A model generated the notes under the pieces. It did no database searches. It was not told where the DNA came from and saw nothing but the letters and a program-made list of their open reading frames with translations. Below, one piece after another: positions 1 through 8,501 of a DNA stretch of 20,000 bases. The first letter of the stretch is position 1. Every line of letters starts with the position of its first letter. The DNA comes from an uncultured virus (IMG/VR IMGVR_UViG_3300035670_000166) (Duplodnaviria; Heunggongvirae; Uroviricota; Caudoviricetes), in the IMG/VR virus record IMGVR_UViG_3300035670_000166; one strand, 5' to 3'. Position numbers and translations under genes: made by a program.

Positions 1-95
1 GCTTCCCCGGTCGCCCTTGGACCAAAGCCCCTCTCGAGGAGGCCCCCGCCAAGTTCGGCCAACTGCTGCGCTCCGCTCTGGAGGCCCAGCAATGA
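1..95 (+). CDS. 3' end of a neck/tail-completion protein (HK97 gp10-like), partial
   Basis: The frame starting at nt 3 reads FPGRPWTKAPLEEAPAKFGQLLRSALEAQQ* with TGA at 93-95. PGRPW resembles the C-terminal 'P.RP[FW]' motif of HK97 gp10-like proteins. The stop overlaps the next ATG (ATGA 92-95). Not in the ORF track. Confidence 0.6.
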   Translation, partial: FPGRPWTKAPLEEAPAKFGQLLRSALEAQQ

Positions 96-565
96 CGATC
101 TCCACCCACTGCCCACCGGTCACCGCGCTCCGGCGCACCCTTGAGCTCCACATCCTCGACCTCTACCAGAGCGACAGGACCACCCTCAAGGCATACACCG
201 CCTGGCCTGGGTACTACACGCTCCCCGACGCCAGCCGCGTTCCCGCGGTCTACGTCACCGGCGCCTCGATGGTCCCCTCTAACTGGGCCGTCACCGGCAT
301 CGAGTGCGTCATCGAGGACGTCCCCGAGATCACCAGCCCTGGTTCAGTGGGCGCCGTTCTGTCTTTTGAGACCTGGAACGTCCGCTTCACGAACTTCGGC
401 ACCAAAGAAGGCACCCGAATGCCGGTCTCGCTGCTGGACATCAGTCGCCGCCTGGCCCGCGCCTTCCCACGGGACCAAGTCACGTACATGGCCCGGACCG
501 AGGTCACCTTCGAGGCCCTCACGGCCCGCATCCGCGGAGCCGTCCTGAACCCCCCGATCCCCTAA
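92..565 (+). CDS. Putative tail terminator / tail completion protein (157 aa)
   Basis: ATG at 92 with GGAGG at 80-84 and ATGA coupling to the upstream stop, so preferred over the TTG at 17. Function is inferred from size and position immediately upstream of the major tail protein. Confidence 0.6.
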   Translation: MTISTHCPPVTALRRTLELHILDLYQSDRTTLKAYTAWPGYYTLPDASRVPAVYVTGASMVPSNWAVTGIECVIEDVPEITSPGSVGAVLSFETWNVRFTNFGTKEGTRMPVSLLDISRRLARAFPRDQVTYMARTEVTFEALTARIRGAVLNPPIP

Positions 566-569
566 GGAG
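564..569 (+). promoter_or_regulatory. Strong Shine-Dalgarno sequence for the major tail protein
   Basis: AAGGAG overlaps the upstream TAA and lies 8 nt before ATG 578; it is the best SD in the window, fitting a high-copy protein. Confidence 0.8.
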
Positions 570-577
570 TCCCAACA

Positions 578-1582
578 ATGGCTGACTACGCCATCGGGTT
601 GTCGTTCCACAAGGCTCACCGGACCATCGTCCGCGCCGTGGATCTGAACCCTCCCTGTCGCTACTTCGCCTCGCGTTCCACCGCGGGCGCCATCACCCTG
701 CCCACCCTCGACGCTGGCGCCAGCTACGTCGAGCTCCAAGGCATCACCAACACGAGCTTCCAGATCAACGACAACAACCAGGAGTTCCGCCTCCTGGGAG
801 ATGACGGCTGGATGGACAGCGTGATCACGGGCTCCTCTGTGCAAGCCTCGGTGACCGCCTACTTCCTCAAGGACACCGAAGTCCCCGCCGGCCAAAACTG
901 CCCGGTCTTCCGCGGCGGTTACAACGAGGGCTTCTCCCTGATCCAGAAGGCCCGTTACAACAAGGACTACGAGATCTACATCGAGTTCCTCAAGGAGCTG
1001 GGCCAGGCCGACGGCGCTTCGGGCAACTACATCTACGACTTCACCGGCTTCAACGCGGTGATCCAGAACTACTCGGAGAACCTCACCGCTGAGGGGCTCA
1101 CCGAGATCTCGTTCGACCTGATGTCCCGCGCCCGCCCCGTTTTCGGTCGCTATGACGCCGGCGCCTCGGCCATCAGCAGCGGCGGCGTCCAGTCCAGCCT
1201 GCTCTTCCTGGTGAATGGCACTCGCCAAGCTGCCACGAGCCCGGCCAACAACGCATCGGCTGTAGCCGTGGGCGACAACATCACGGTCACCTACACCAGC
1301 AACGGCACCATCGCCCTGACCCAACTCGCCCTGGGTCAAACCGACGGCTCCGGCTTCAGCCTGGAGAACGCCTCCACCGGCGTGAAGGTGCCCGCGACAG
1401 TGTCTCTGGCATCCAACGTGGTGACCATCAACCCGAGCGCGGACCTCGCTGCTGGCACCATCTTCCGGCTGGTTGTCGCCGACGGCGCCATCACCCAAGC
1501 GGTCGATGCCAACGGCACCGCTTCGGCATCGGGCGTGAAGCGCCCCGTGCAAGGTCTCACGACCACCTTCCGGACCGCCTGA
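578..1582 (+). CDS. Major tail (tube) protein with C-terminal Ig-like (Big_5/SbsA-type) domain
   Basis: Tube-like pattern LQGITNTSFQINDNNQEFRLLGDDGWMDSVITGSS...FNAVIQNYSENLTAEGLTEISFDL. C-terminal SPANNASAVAVGDNITVTY...VVTINPSADLAAGTIFRLVV is a typical Big_5 pattern. Strong SD, strongly C-ending codons, followed by a terminator and the chaperone genes. Confidence 0.88.
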   Translation: MADYAIGLSFHKAHRTIVRAVDLNPPCRYFASRSTAGAITLPTLDAGASYVELQGITNTSFQINDNNQEFRLLGDDGWMDSVITGSSVQASVTAYFLKDTEVPAGQNCPVFRGGYNEGFSLIQKARYNKDYEIYIEFLKELGQADGASGNYIYDFTGFNAVIQNYSENLTAEGLTEISFDLMSRARPVFGRYDAGASAISSGGVQSSLLFLVNGTRQAATSPANNASAVAVGDNITVTYTSNGTIALTQLALGQTDGSGFSLENASTGVKVPATVSLASNVVTINPSADLAAGTIFRLVVADGAITQAVDANGTASASGVKRPVQGLTTTFRTA

Positions 1583-1604
1583 TCCCCGAGTGCGTCAAAC
1601 ACCC

Positions 1605-1631
1605 AGGCCCCGCAAAGGGGCCTTTTTCTTT
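1605..1631 (+). terminator. Rho-independent terminator
   Basis: Stem AGGCCCC (1605-1611), loop GCAAA, GGGGCCT (1617-1623), followed by TTTTCTTT; 22 nt after the major tail protein stop. Confidence 0.9.
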
Positions 1632-1637
1632 GTACTT

Positions 1638-1892
1638 ATGCAGCACGACATTCTTATAGACCCAATCAACACGGTCTTTGCAGTTAATTGTGTGGTGGAA
1701 GGCTCCACGCTCCACTGCGGAGCCCTCTACCTTGAACCCCTCGTCCAGAGCCAGTTTATACGCTTGGCGTATGACGGCGCTAGTCTGGAGGTTGAAATCC
1801 CCACCGAGCTCGTCAACCAAACCACGCCGCATCGAGCGTGGCAGGTAGCGCTCCCTATCCGCAATGAGCAAGTACAGCGCACTTCTCTTTAA
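1638..1892 (+). CDS. Hypothetical protein (84 aa)
   Basis: ATG 1638 just after the terminator (the GTG at 1590 would read through the hairpin). Protein-like sequence MQHDILIDPINTVFAVNCVVEGSTLHCGALYLEP... fills the gap and overlaps the next gene by 29 nt. No SD visible. Confidence 0.6.
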   Translation: MQHDILIDPINTVFAVNCVVEGSTLHCGALYLEPLVQSQFIRLAYDGASLEVEIPTELVNQTTPHRAWQVALPIRNEQVQRTSL

Positions 1893-2412
1893 GCCCGCAA
1901 CCTATTGTGAGATCGGACCATTTCGTTTTCCTGTCTATCACGATTTAGTGCCCGGTGAAGCAAAAGGCATCGAAGAATTCTCTAAGAAGCAATCGCGCTC
2001 TACGTTTAAGTCCATCAAGCTTGCGCAACGTATCGCCAAAGACAAGGGTATTAGCACCAAAGAAGCAGTTGAGCTGCTAGGGAAGGTAGGGAGCGAAGAA
2101 ACAGAACTTGTCTATGAATACGCAGCAGAATTGGACGATCTTCAAGTCGATAGCATTGGTGCCGTACAGCAGCGAGTAGAATTCGTAACCCTGTTTATGC
2201 AGTATAGAGGTGAATCCAAGCTGGACGGCGAGCAATGGGTACAACTAAAAGATTGGGAACAAGAAGATACCGAAAATATGCCGTCCAAACTTATGGATCA
2301 AGTCTTCGAGCTCGTCATGTGGGAACGTGACGGCTGGCCACAGAAGGACGAAGCAAAAAACGCAGACGACAACACGGAGCAGGAGTTCAGCCCACCCCGG
2401 AAGAAATCCTAA
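1864..2412 (+). CDS. Tail assembly chaperone (lambda gpG-like), 182 aa
   Basis: Acidic, helical-looking protein between tube and tape measure genes; carries an in-frame slippery heptamer near its 3' end. Confidence 0.82.
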   Translation: MSKYSALLFKPATYCEIGPFRFPVYHDLVPGEAKGIEEFSKKQSRSTFKSIKLAQRIAKDKGISTKEAVELLGKVGSEETELVYEYAAELDDLQVDSIGAVQQRVEFVTLFMQYRGESKLDGEQWVQLKDWEQEDTENMPSKLMDQVFELVMWERDGWPQKDEAKNADDNTEQEFSPPRKKS

Positions 2413-2843
2413 GCGAGTGCGAAACCTTACTTAGAACTCCACTAACGGACTGGGACGATATTTACTTTAAGCTGCGGGCATCCCCTCTCAGAGATGACTT
2501 CAACCGAGAGCGGTTTGTCCGCACGCCCGTATCAGTCATACGTTGGGCAACAAAGCGTGCTTTAGATCACGAACAAGAGCAAGCAAACTTGCAAGCGCTG
2601 GCAACAGCACGATTAACAGCTACTCTGATACAAATAGCGCATGGTTTTTCTGGCTCTAAGGGCCCTGCGCCTAAATTGCAAGTAAAAGATTTCTTGCCAT
2701 TCCCTGACTGGAAACCCGACTTAGAAACTGCCGAAGGTCCGGACGAAGTTACTAGATACACATTAAGCAACTTGGCCCGAGCTCGAAGAATCCCAATGCA
2801 CGTCTTCTCGGCTCTGATGACTCCCGCCAACCGGCAGTCTTAA
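1864..2843 (+). CDS. Frameshifted tail assembly chaperone (gpGT-like), join(1864..2361,2361..2843), about 326 aa
   Basis: The -1 frame after the slip reads RRRQHGAGVQPTPEEILSECETLLRTPLTDWDDIYFKLRASPLRDDFNRERFVRTPVSVIRWATKRALDHEQEQANLQALATARL...PANRQS*. It absorbs the track ORF 2589..2843, which has only a TTG start and no SD. Confidence 0.85.
2355..2361 (+). other. Programmed -1 ribosomal frameshift site A AAA AAC
   Basis: Codons GCA AAA AAC give a correctly phased X XXY YYZ heptamer. The -1 frame is closed by TGA at 2328-2330 and then open from 2331 to TAA 2841-2843. Confidence 0.88.
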
Positions 2844-2846
2844 CAT
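2841..2846 (+). promoter_or_regulatory. Possible -10 element TAACAT
   Basis: Overlaps the gpGT-like stop and lies 27 nt before the tape measure GTG, the same spacing as at 15253. Confidence 0.3.
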
Positions 2847-2873
2847 AGACATACCGCATGGTCGCAGAGCAAG

Positions 2874-5800
2874 GTGGCTGACTATACGATCCGAGTTGTC
2901 GCAGAGACCAAAGAAGCCGATGATAAAGTCAATAAGCTAGACAAGCGTCTAAGCAACATCAGCCAAGACAAGAAAATCAACATAAGCATCCCAAGCATAA
3001 ATGACACTATAGCTGGGGTAAAGCAATTAGGAGAGGCATTAGGAACAACATACAAGATAGCGCGCCAAATGCCTATCATAGGCGGCCGCATCCAAGACAT
3101 TGAAGACCTAGGAGATATAGCATCTAAAACTGGAGAAAAAGTCGTAAAAGCCTTCAAGTTAATTTCCAGTGCAACTCCAGGAAATTTACTAGGCACATCA
3201 ATTAGCGCGTCGCTAAACGGGGTCGACAGCCTAGCTAAAGCCACAGCCAACCTCGGCTACACCGTATTTGGAGTAACTCAATCTGTAAACACACTAAAAA
3301 GTGCATTCGGAGCTTTCTTTAACGATACCATCGGAAGGGAGATCCAGCTACAAGAAGCCTTATTGCGTACAAAGACAACTCTAGTATCTACGGCAGATGT
3401 CGCAGTCAACGGTCGCCGTATAACGGATCCCTACGAAGCGATTCTAAAACTAGAAAAACCGATAAACAACACAATCGACAACATCAGACAACGTTCCCTT
3501 GAAATTGCCGGTACAACGTCCGAAGCCATTGTTCAAGTCTTCGGCGTCGTAGCATCTCAAATCGGAAACATCGGAGGCGGTCTAAAGGACGCTGAAGATC
3601 TGGCTATTACTTTTAGTGCCGCGCTCGGTACCCTCGGGCTATCTGACCCGACGTATGCCACTCAGGAAATCCGCTCCATCCTGACCGGCACGATCGACCA
3701 GAACTCAGTCCTAGCGCGCTCCCTAGGACTCACCAACGAGGACGTCACCAAAGCGAAGAACTCTGCTGAGGGTTTGGTTGCCTTTTTGCAGAAGCGACTC
3801 TCAGCCTTCACCGCTGGTCAAGCGATGGCCGCAAAGGGCTTCGCCGGCATCACCAGCAACATCGCTGAGTTCCAAGACGAGCTGAAGCGTGCCTTTGGTA
3901 AAGGACTTCTAGCCCCACTTCTTGATGGGTTGACCATCCTGTACGAGCGCCTCCAGCTCGTCTTCAAAAGTTCCTTCGGGATCGCAGACGCACTGGGTAA
4001 AGCCTTTGGAGCAGTCGCACGAGGTGTCGTGGGCGCTGCGGCAGCGGCCCCAACCCTTGCCAACTTCAGTCAACGCCGCCAAATCGGTGTAGGGCAGCAA
4101 GGCGAGCAGGCCGCTGTTCAGATGTTCCTACAGATCCAGAGCGCGGTAGACAGCTTGCGTCCTCAGATCGCAACTCTGGCGGATCAAGCCGTGAAAGCGG
4201 TAGCGCAGATCGCAAGTGGATTAGCAAATCTGGCAAAAGGCTTCACTGCTTTTAAGTTTGAGCAATTCAAGATCTATCTCAGCGCTCTGATCGGTATCGG
4301 TGAAGTACTGAACAAAACAGTAATCCCCGCATTTACCGCACTGCTAAATATATACGGTGAAATTCTAAAGAATCCCATAGCTCAGTACCTAAATCAGCTC
4401 GGAGCGCAGTTCGATGTTTTGAACCGCGTAGGTGTACTTCCTTTGGCGAAGACTTTATTTGTACTTCGCAATGTTGTTCCAAGCGTTCTTGATACCGTAC
4501 AAAAGCTAGGACAAGGCTTCAACTGGCTCAAAGTACAGCTTGCGGGTGTCGCTGATCTGATACTCACTGGCTTTTCTGCAGCTATCGCAGGTGCCTCAAC
4601 CTTAGTGTCAAATCTAGGTCGAGTACTCGTCACAGCAGTTACAACGGGCATAACTGCCCTGATTGTCGGACTACGAGCTGCAGTTGTTCAGCTTGGCGTC
4701 TTCTTAATTCAGATAGCTGAGCTCGTGCAACAGTCTGGTCCGAAATTCGGACAAGTCGCTGTTTTTATTAGTCAGATCGGGCAGGCACTGCTAGGCGTAG
4801 ACGCAGCTTTCCAAAAAGCTCAAATTAGTGTTGCTCAGTTCGGCATAAAGACAGCTAATGCTCTTGACAGTCTGCAGGTAAAAACACAACAAGTACGACA
4901 AGGTATCGCAGACTTAAATACTAGCGTTAGAGATAACTTAGGGAAAGCCAGCCAAACAGTAGGCTCCAAAATAAAGGAAATGATCACGAGCTTTGTAAGT
5001 TTCTCTCTACAGCTCGTTGCCCTACAGCTAGCAATTACTCTAGCTTTTGATCTGTTCCAGCGTTTTCAACGGGCCCAACAAGAGATCGCCGACCAAACAC
5101 GCGCAGAACTGGCAGTCAAACGACTGAGCACTGTTTACGCCGAGGTCGGAGAAAACGCCACAGCGGCAACCAAAGCAGCCAAAGCGTTTGAGCAACAAAT
5201 ACTCAGTAGTCGTGTAGACGACCTAACTAAAAAGCTGGGTGGCCTAGTAGATCAATACACCAAACTGAGAGACCTCGAGGCCGAGATAGCTTCGAGCTCC
5301 GGCGGAGCTGATAACATAGCCGCAAATGCTAAAGCATTCTTCTTAAGCTTTAGCCAGAGTCTAGATCCTCAGGAGATCCGCACACAAATTGCACGAGTTA
5401 GAGACGAGTTAAATCGCTTAGCTGAGTTCCAAGATCGGATAAAAGAGAATGATAAAGCCAAGGACGACGTTCAGATACTTGCCAAGGAACGCCTAGGACT
5501 TGAGAAAGAGCTGAAAGAGGTCCGCAAACAGCTAACAAAAGAGATCACAGATTTTGAATGGAGTGAGCGGCAGAAATCTCTGCAATTAGAGCAGCAGATG
5601 CGTGATGCGCTGGCACAGGAGCAGCGTTCTCAGCTAGAAGAGCGTCAGCGAATTGAGAATCGGGGATTAAGTGATATAGGCAACAATCTCAAACAAATCT
5701 TTGACGAGTACGAGACAGCTCTCTTCGACGCGCAGGTCGAAAGCCAGCGTCAGCAGACCGAGCTCGTTATCAAACGCAATGAGATTGAAAAACAACTAAG

Positions 5801-8501
5801 CGACTACAAATACAAGCTTGAAGAGCAGACATTAAAGCTCCGCGAGAAGATGGGGCAGATGAACAAGAAAATCGTAGATTACGAAGCAGCACAACGGATT
5901 CGCGCATCCAAAGAAGCCTTACGCTACGCCTTACAAGCGGCAGCCATCCAAGGTGAAGACTTTGTAGTTACTGACGAAGACAAGAAGAATTTCCTTAATG
6001 CCGCTGCTCAACAAGGCGTTAGTGCCGAGCGCGCCCTAGCCCTTCTTAAAACTGGAGCTGGACGCGACCTCGGTCTCAGTAGCGCGACACCTGCTCAGCA
6101 AGTCATTGCCGCACTAAAAGAGAACTATGCGGGAGCTTTGACCATGTCTGCTCCCGAGTTTGAGAATGCGTTGAATATGAGAGCCAAAGCCTTTATGGGT
6201 CAGTCCCAAGGCGGAACTTTTGCTCTTCAATTAGCAGAACAGGAGCTAGGTACTGGGCGGTTTAAGCGCACAGCTCCCGTAGCGCCGCCCAAGATGGAGG
6301 AGTTGGGTTCGTTCGTGGATATTGGCGGTAACACTGCACGCATGCGCGCCAGTCTCGAAAGCAACTTTGTTCTAGCTCGAGAGCTCGTAGACAGGACAAG
6401 CGCAATCCGTGACAATCAAGACTTGGCTCGATTCCTAGAACGCCTCGGAGACCCGGCTAACTGGGGTGTGGCCGCAGCTGAAGTGGGGCGACTCGACAAA
6501 GAAATACTGCAGCTCAAGAACGACACCGAAGCTCTTAGCAAATCTATTGCCAGCGGATTAACTGATCCGTCAGCTCTTCAAAGCATCACGCCTGTTAAAA
6601 CCGCTATAGATGTATTCCTGACTCAGGTTTATGATCAACTCGCCAAGAGCTCTCTTCTAAAAGGTGTATCCCCAGACATTATCTCAAGCAACAAGCAAGG
6701 AGTATCTGATGTCTTAAGGAGTGCCGCAACAGGCAATACGTCTCTAGCAGCAGCCCGCGCTGAGATTGATCGCTTACTTGGTGGCGCGCCCATACTTGCA
6801 GACGCGATCAAAGCAATACTTGGAGATCCTGGCAAGAACACTGGAATCATTGGCGCCCTACGCAATGCCGCCGATTTAACCAAGCGTCAATCGCAGCTTC
6901 TGCTAGAAACCCTTAGAAATGACTTCACCAAGCTCATACAGCAAGCTATCGATATTCGTCCTGGAGTTCAAGGGCTGCTTGATCGCTTCAGTCAAGCTCA
7001 ACAAGCACTGATTCTTCCGGGTTACTCACTTGAGAATGTAAACCGACGCTCAGATCTAGCTGCTCAGACTTATCTGGGCTCGCAGTTGAACCGACTGACA
7101 CCCGAGCAACGAGCTGCAAATCCGAACTTAGTTCCAGAGCTCCAAGCCCAGGCAAATCAGCTCGCAGAAAACTACCGCCGTACCAACGAACAGCTAGATC
7201 CACTGAATAGAGCCGTGGGGAACTTCGAGCAGCGGCTCGGAATGGCTGTCGCAGCTACGGAGGCATACGCCACAGCCAGTCGTGGCCTTCTCGAGAGCCT
7301 CTTCAGCGGAACCACCGACTTCCGGGAAGCACTAAGCAATTTCACACAGACTATTGGCCAAGGATTCGTACAGCAATTCCTCGATATTGCAATGGCACCC
7401 ATGCAAGAGCAAGTGTTTGACCGTATGAAGAAGCTATTCGGTGTCGAATCAGCTCAGGAGAAAGTCAACCGAGAATTTGCCAACACCGGCATTAAATTCG
7501 ATACCGCAGTAAGCACCTTTGATGCTGCGGTCAACACTTTCCGCTCTAGTCTCAGTGCAGGCATTGGTGGTCCCGACCTTGATGCCAACACCTCAGGTCT
7601 CCCTTACGGCATCCGGATTGGCGACACCGTCGGTTCTTTAGCACCAAGAAAACAAGTACCTGCAGCCGGCATCAAACTTCCCGCCCTTACCGGAGCCGAG
7701 TCCGAGTACGAAATGATGACGCGGCTCGGGAACCTTGGGCCTGACTACATCACAGAGATCGAGGGCATGGTCGAGCAGTCCTTCAAAGGCATTGGCGAGT
7801 CCCTAACCCAACTTGGCACCGTCGCCGAAACCACTGGCCAACAGACCGGTAACGCCGCCAAATCCGGCGAGCAAGGCTTCGGCAAGTTCCTCGGCGCCAT
7901 GACCGGCGTCGCCACTGGCGCCCTTGCCATCACCGGCGCCATCCAAGCGATGCAGGACTCCGAGGGCGGCACCTACGGCACCCTCATGGGCATCGCCGGC
8001 GTCCTCGGCGGCCTCGGTGCCATCGCCGGCGGCATCGGCGGAATCATGAAGCCCCCCGGCCGTGCCGCCGGCGGCCCCGTTTCCGCCCGCCGCCCCTACA
8101 TCGTCGGTGAGATCGGCCCCGAGCTCTTCGTCCCCGAAGGCAACGGCACGATCATCCCCAACGACAAGATCGCTTTCACGGGCAGGTCCGGAGCAGGCTC
8201 CAGCACCGAGGGCGGCTCCATCTCCAACGCCTTCTCCACCCTCTACGGCGCTGCGATCCCTTTCACCAAATCCACCGAGCGAGCCATGGCCGAGCGCTCC
8301 GAGCGCGAAACCGTCTCCGCCATCAACAATCCCAAGCCCCTCGACGTCCGCTTCGAGTCCCAGGTCATCAACAACGTGACCTACGTCACCGCCGAGCAGC
8401 ACCAGCGCGGTATGGCCCAAGCCGCCGAGCGCGGTCGCGCCTTGACCCTCGAAGCGCTGCAGAACAGCGTCACCTCTCGCCGCAAGGTCGGTATCAACTG
8501 A
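2874..8501 (+). CDS. Tape measure protein (1875 aa)
   Basis: Very long Ala/Leu/Gln-rich helical protein directly after the chaperone pair, with hydrophobic stretches and coiled coils. C-terminal GRAAGGPVSARRPYIVGEIGPELFVP (8058-8135) is the well-known tape measure C-terminal motif. GTG start. Confidence 0.95.
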   Translation: MADYTIRVVAETKEADDKVNKLDKRLSNISQDKKINISIPSINDTIAGVKQLGEALGTTYKIARQMPIIGGRIQDIEDLGDIASKTGEKVVKAFKLISSATPGNLLGTSISASLNGVDSLAKATANLGYTVFGVTQSVNTLKSAFGAFFNDTIGREIQLQEALLRTKTTLVSTADVAVNGRRITDPYEAILKLEKPINNTIDNIRQRSLEIAGTTSEAIVQVFGVVASQIGNIGGGLKDAEDLAITFSAALGTLGLSDPTYATQEIRSILTGTIDQNSVLARSLGLTNEDVTKAKNSAEGLVAFLQKRLSAFTAGQAMAAKGFAGITSNIAEFQDELKRAFGKGLLAPLLDGLTILYERLQLVFKSSFGIADALGKAFGAVARGVVGAAAAAPTLANFSQRRQIGVGQQGEQAAVQMFLQIQSAVDSLRPQIATLADQAVKAVAQIASGLANLAKGFTAFKFEQFKIYLSALIGIGEVLNKTVIPAFTALLNIYGEILKNPIAQYLNQLGAQFDVLNRVGVLPLAKTLFVLRNVVPSVLDTVQKLGQGFNWLKVQLAGVADLILTGFSAAIAGASTLVSNLGRVLVTAVTTGITALIVGLRAAVVQLGVFLIQIAELVQQSGPKFGQVAVFISQIGQALLGVDAAFQKAQISVAQFGIKTANALDSLQVKTQQVRQGIADLNTSVRDNLGKASQTVGSKIKEMITSFVSFSLQLVALQLAITLAFDLFQRFQRAQQEIADQTRAELAVKRLSTVYAEVGENATAATKAAKAFEQQILSSRVDDLTKKLGGLVDQYTKLRDLEAEIASSSGGADNIAANAKAFFLSFSQSLDPQEIRTQIARVRDELNRLAEFQDRIKENDKAKDDVQILAKERLGLEKELKEVRKQLTKEITDFEWSERQKSLQLEQQMRDALAQEQRSQLEERQRIENRGLSDIGNNLKQIFDEYETALFDAQVESQRQQTELVIKRNEIEKQLSDYKYKLEEQTLKLREKMGQMNKKIVDYEAAQRIRASKEALRYALQAAAIQGEDFVVTDEDKKNFLNAAAQQGVSAERALALLKTGAGRDLGLSSATPAQQVIAALKENYAGALTMSAPEFENALNMRAKAFMGQSQGGTFALQLAEQELGTGRFKRTAPVAPPKMEELGSFVDIGGNTARMRASLESNFVLARELVDRTSAIRDNQDLARFLERLGDPANWGVAAAEVGRLDKEILQLKNDTEALSKSIASGLTDPSALQSITPVKTAIDVFLTQVYDQLAKSSLLKGVSPDIISSNKQGVSDVLRSAATGNTSLAAARAEIDRLLGGAPILADAIKAILGDPGKNTGIIGALRNAADLTKRQSQLLLETLRNDFTKLIQQAIDIRPGVQGLLDRFSQAQQALILPGYSLENVNRRSDLAAQTYLGSQLNRLTPEQRAANPNLVPELQAQANQLAENYRRTNEQLDPLNRAVGNFEQRLGMAVAATEAYATASRGLLESLFSGTTDFREALSNFTQTIGQGFVQQFLDIAMAPMQEQVFDRMKKLFGVESAQEKVNREFANTGIKFDTAVSTFDAAVNTFRSSLSAGIGGPDLDANTSGLPYGIRIGDTVGSLAPRKQVPAAGIKLPALTGAESEYEMMTRLGNLGPDYITEIEGMVEQSFKGIGESLTQLGTVAETTGQQTGNAAKSGEQGFGKFLGAMTGVATGALAITGAIQAMQDSEGGTYGTLMGIAGVLGGLGAIAGGIGGIMKPPGRAAGGPVSARRPYIVGEIGPELFVPEGNGTIIPNDKIAFTGRSGAGSSTEGGSISNAFSTLYGAAIPFTKSTERAMAERSERETVSAINNPKPLDVRFESQVINNVTYVTAEQHQRGMAQAAERGRALTLEALQNSVTSRRKVGIN

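Noticed and set aside
17..91. TTG start at 17 for the first full ORF
   Set aside because: It overlaps the upstream gene's real 3' end; ATG 92 has an SD and ATGA coupling.
141..548. Alternative-frame Ser/Pro/Thr/Arg-rich plus-strand ORFs (also 8062..8379, 11200..11760, 12455..12775, 15591..15887)
   Set aside because: Their composition is what off-frame reading of C-ending codons produces; there is no independent evidence of coding.
344..1552. 402-aa minus-strand ORF, and other long antisense ORFs (7803..8420, 9342..10196, 11256..12071, 12075..13295, 15187..15738, 17374..17925)
   Set aside because: They are shadows of GC-rich plus-strand genes with strong codon bias; they lie wholly opposite well-supported genes and show no recognisable motifs or start signals.
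2589..2843. Stand-alone 84-aa gene
   Set aside because: TTG start without SD, and the frame is open a further 258 nt upstream; it is better explained as the tail of the frameshift product.
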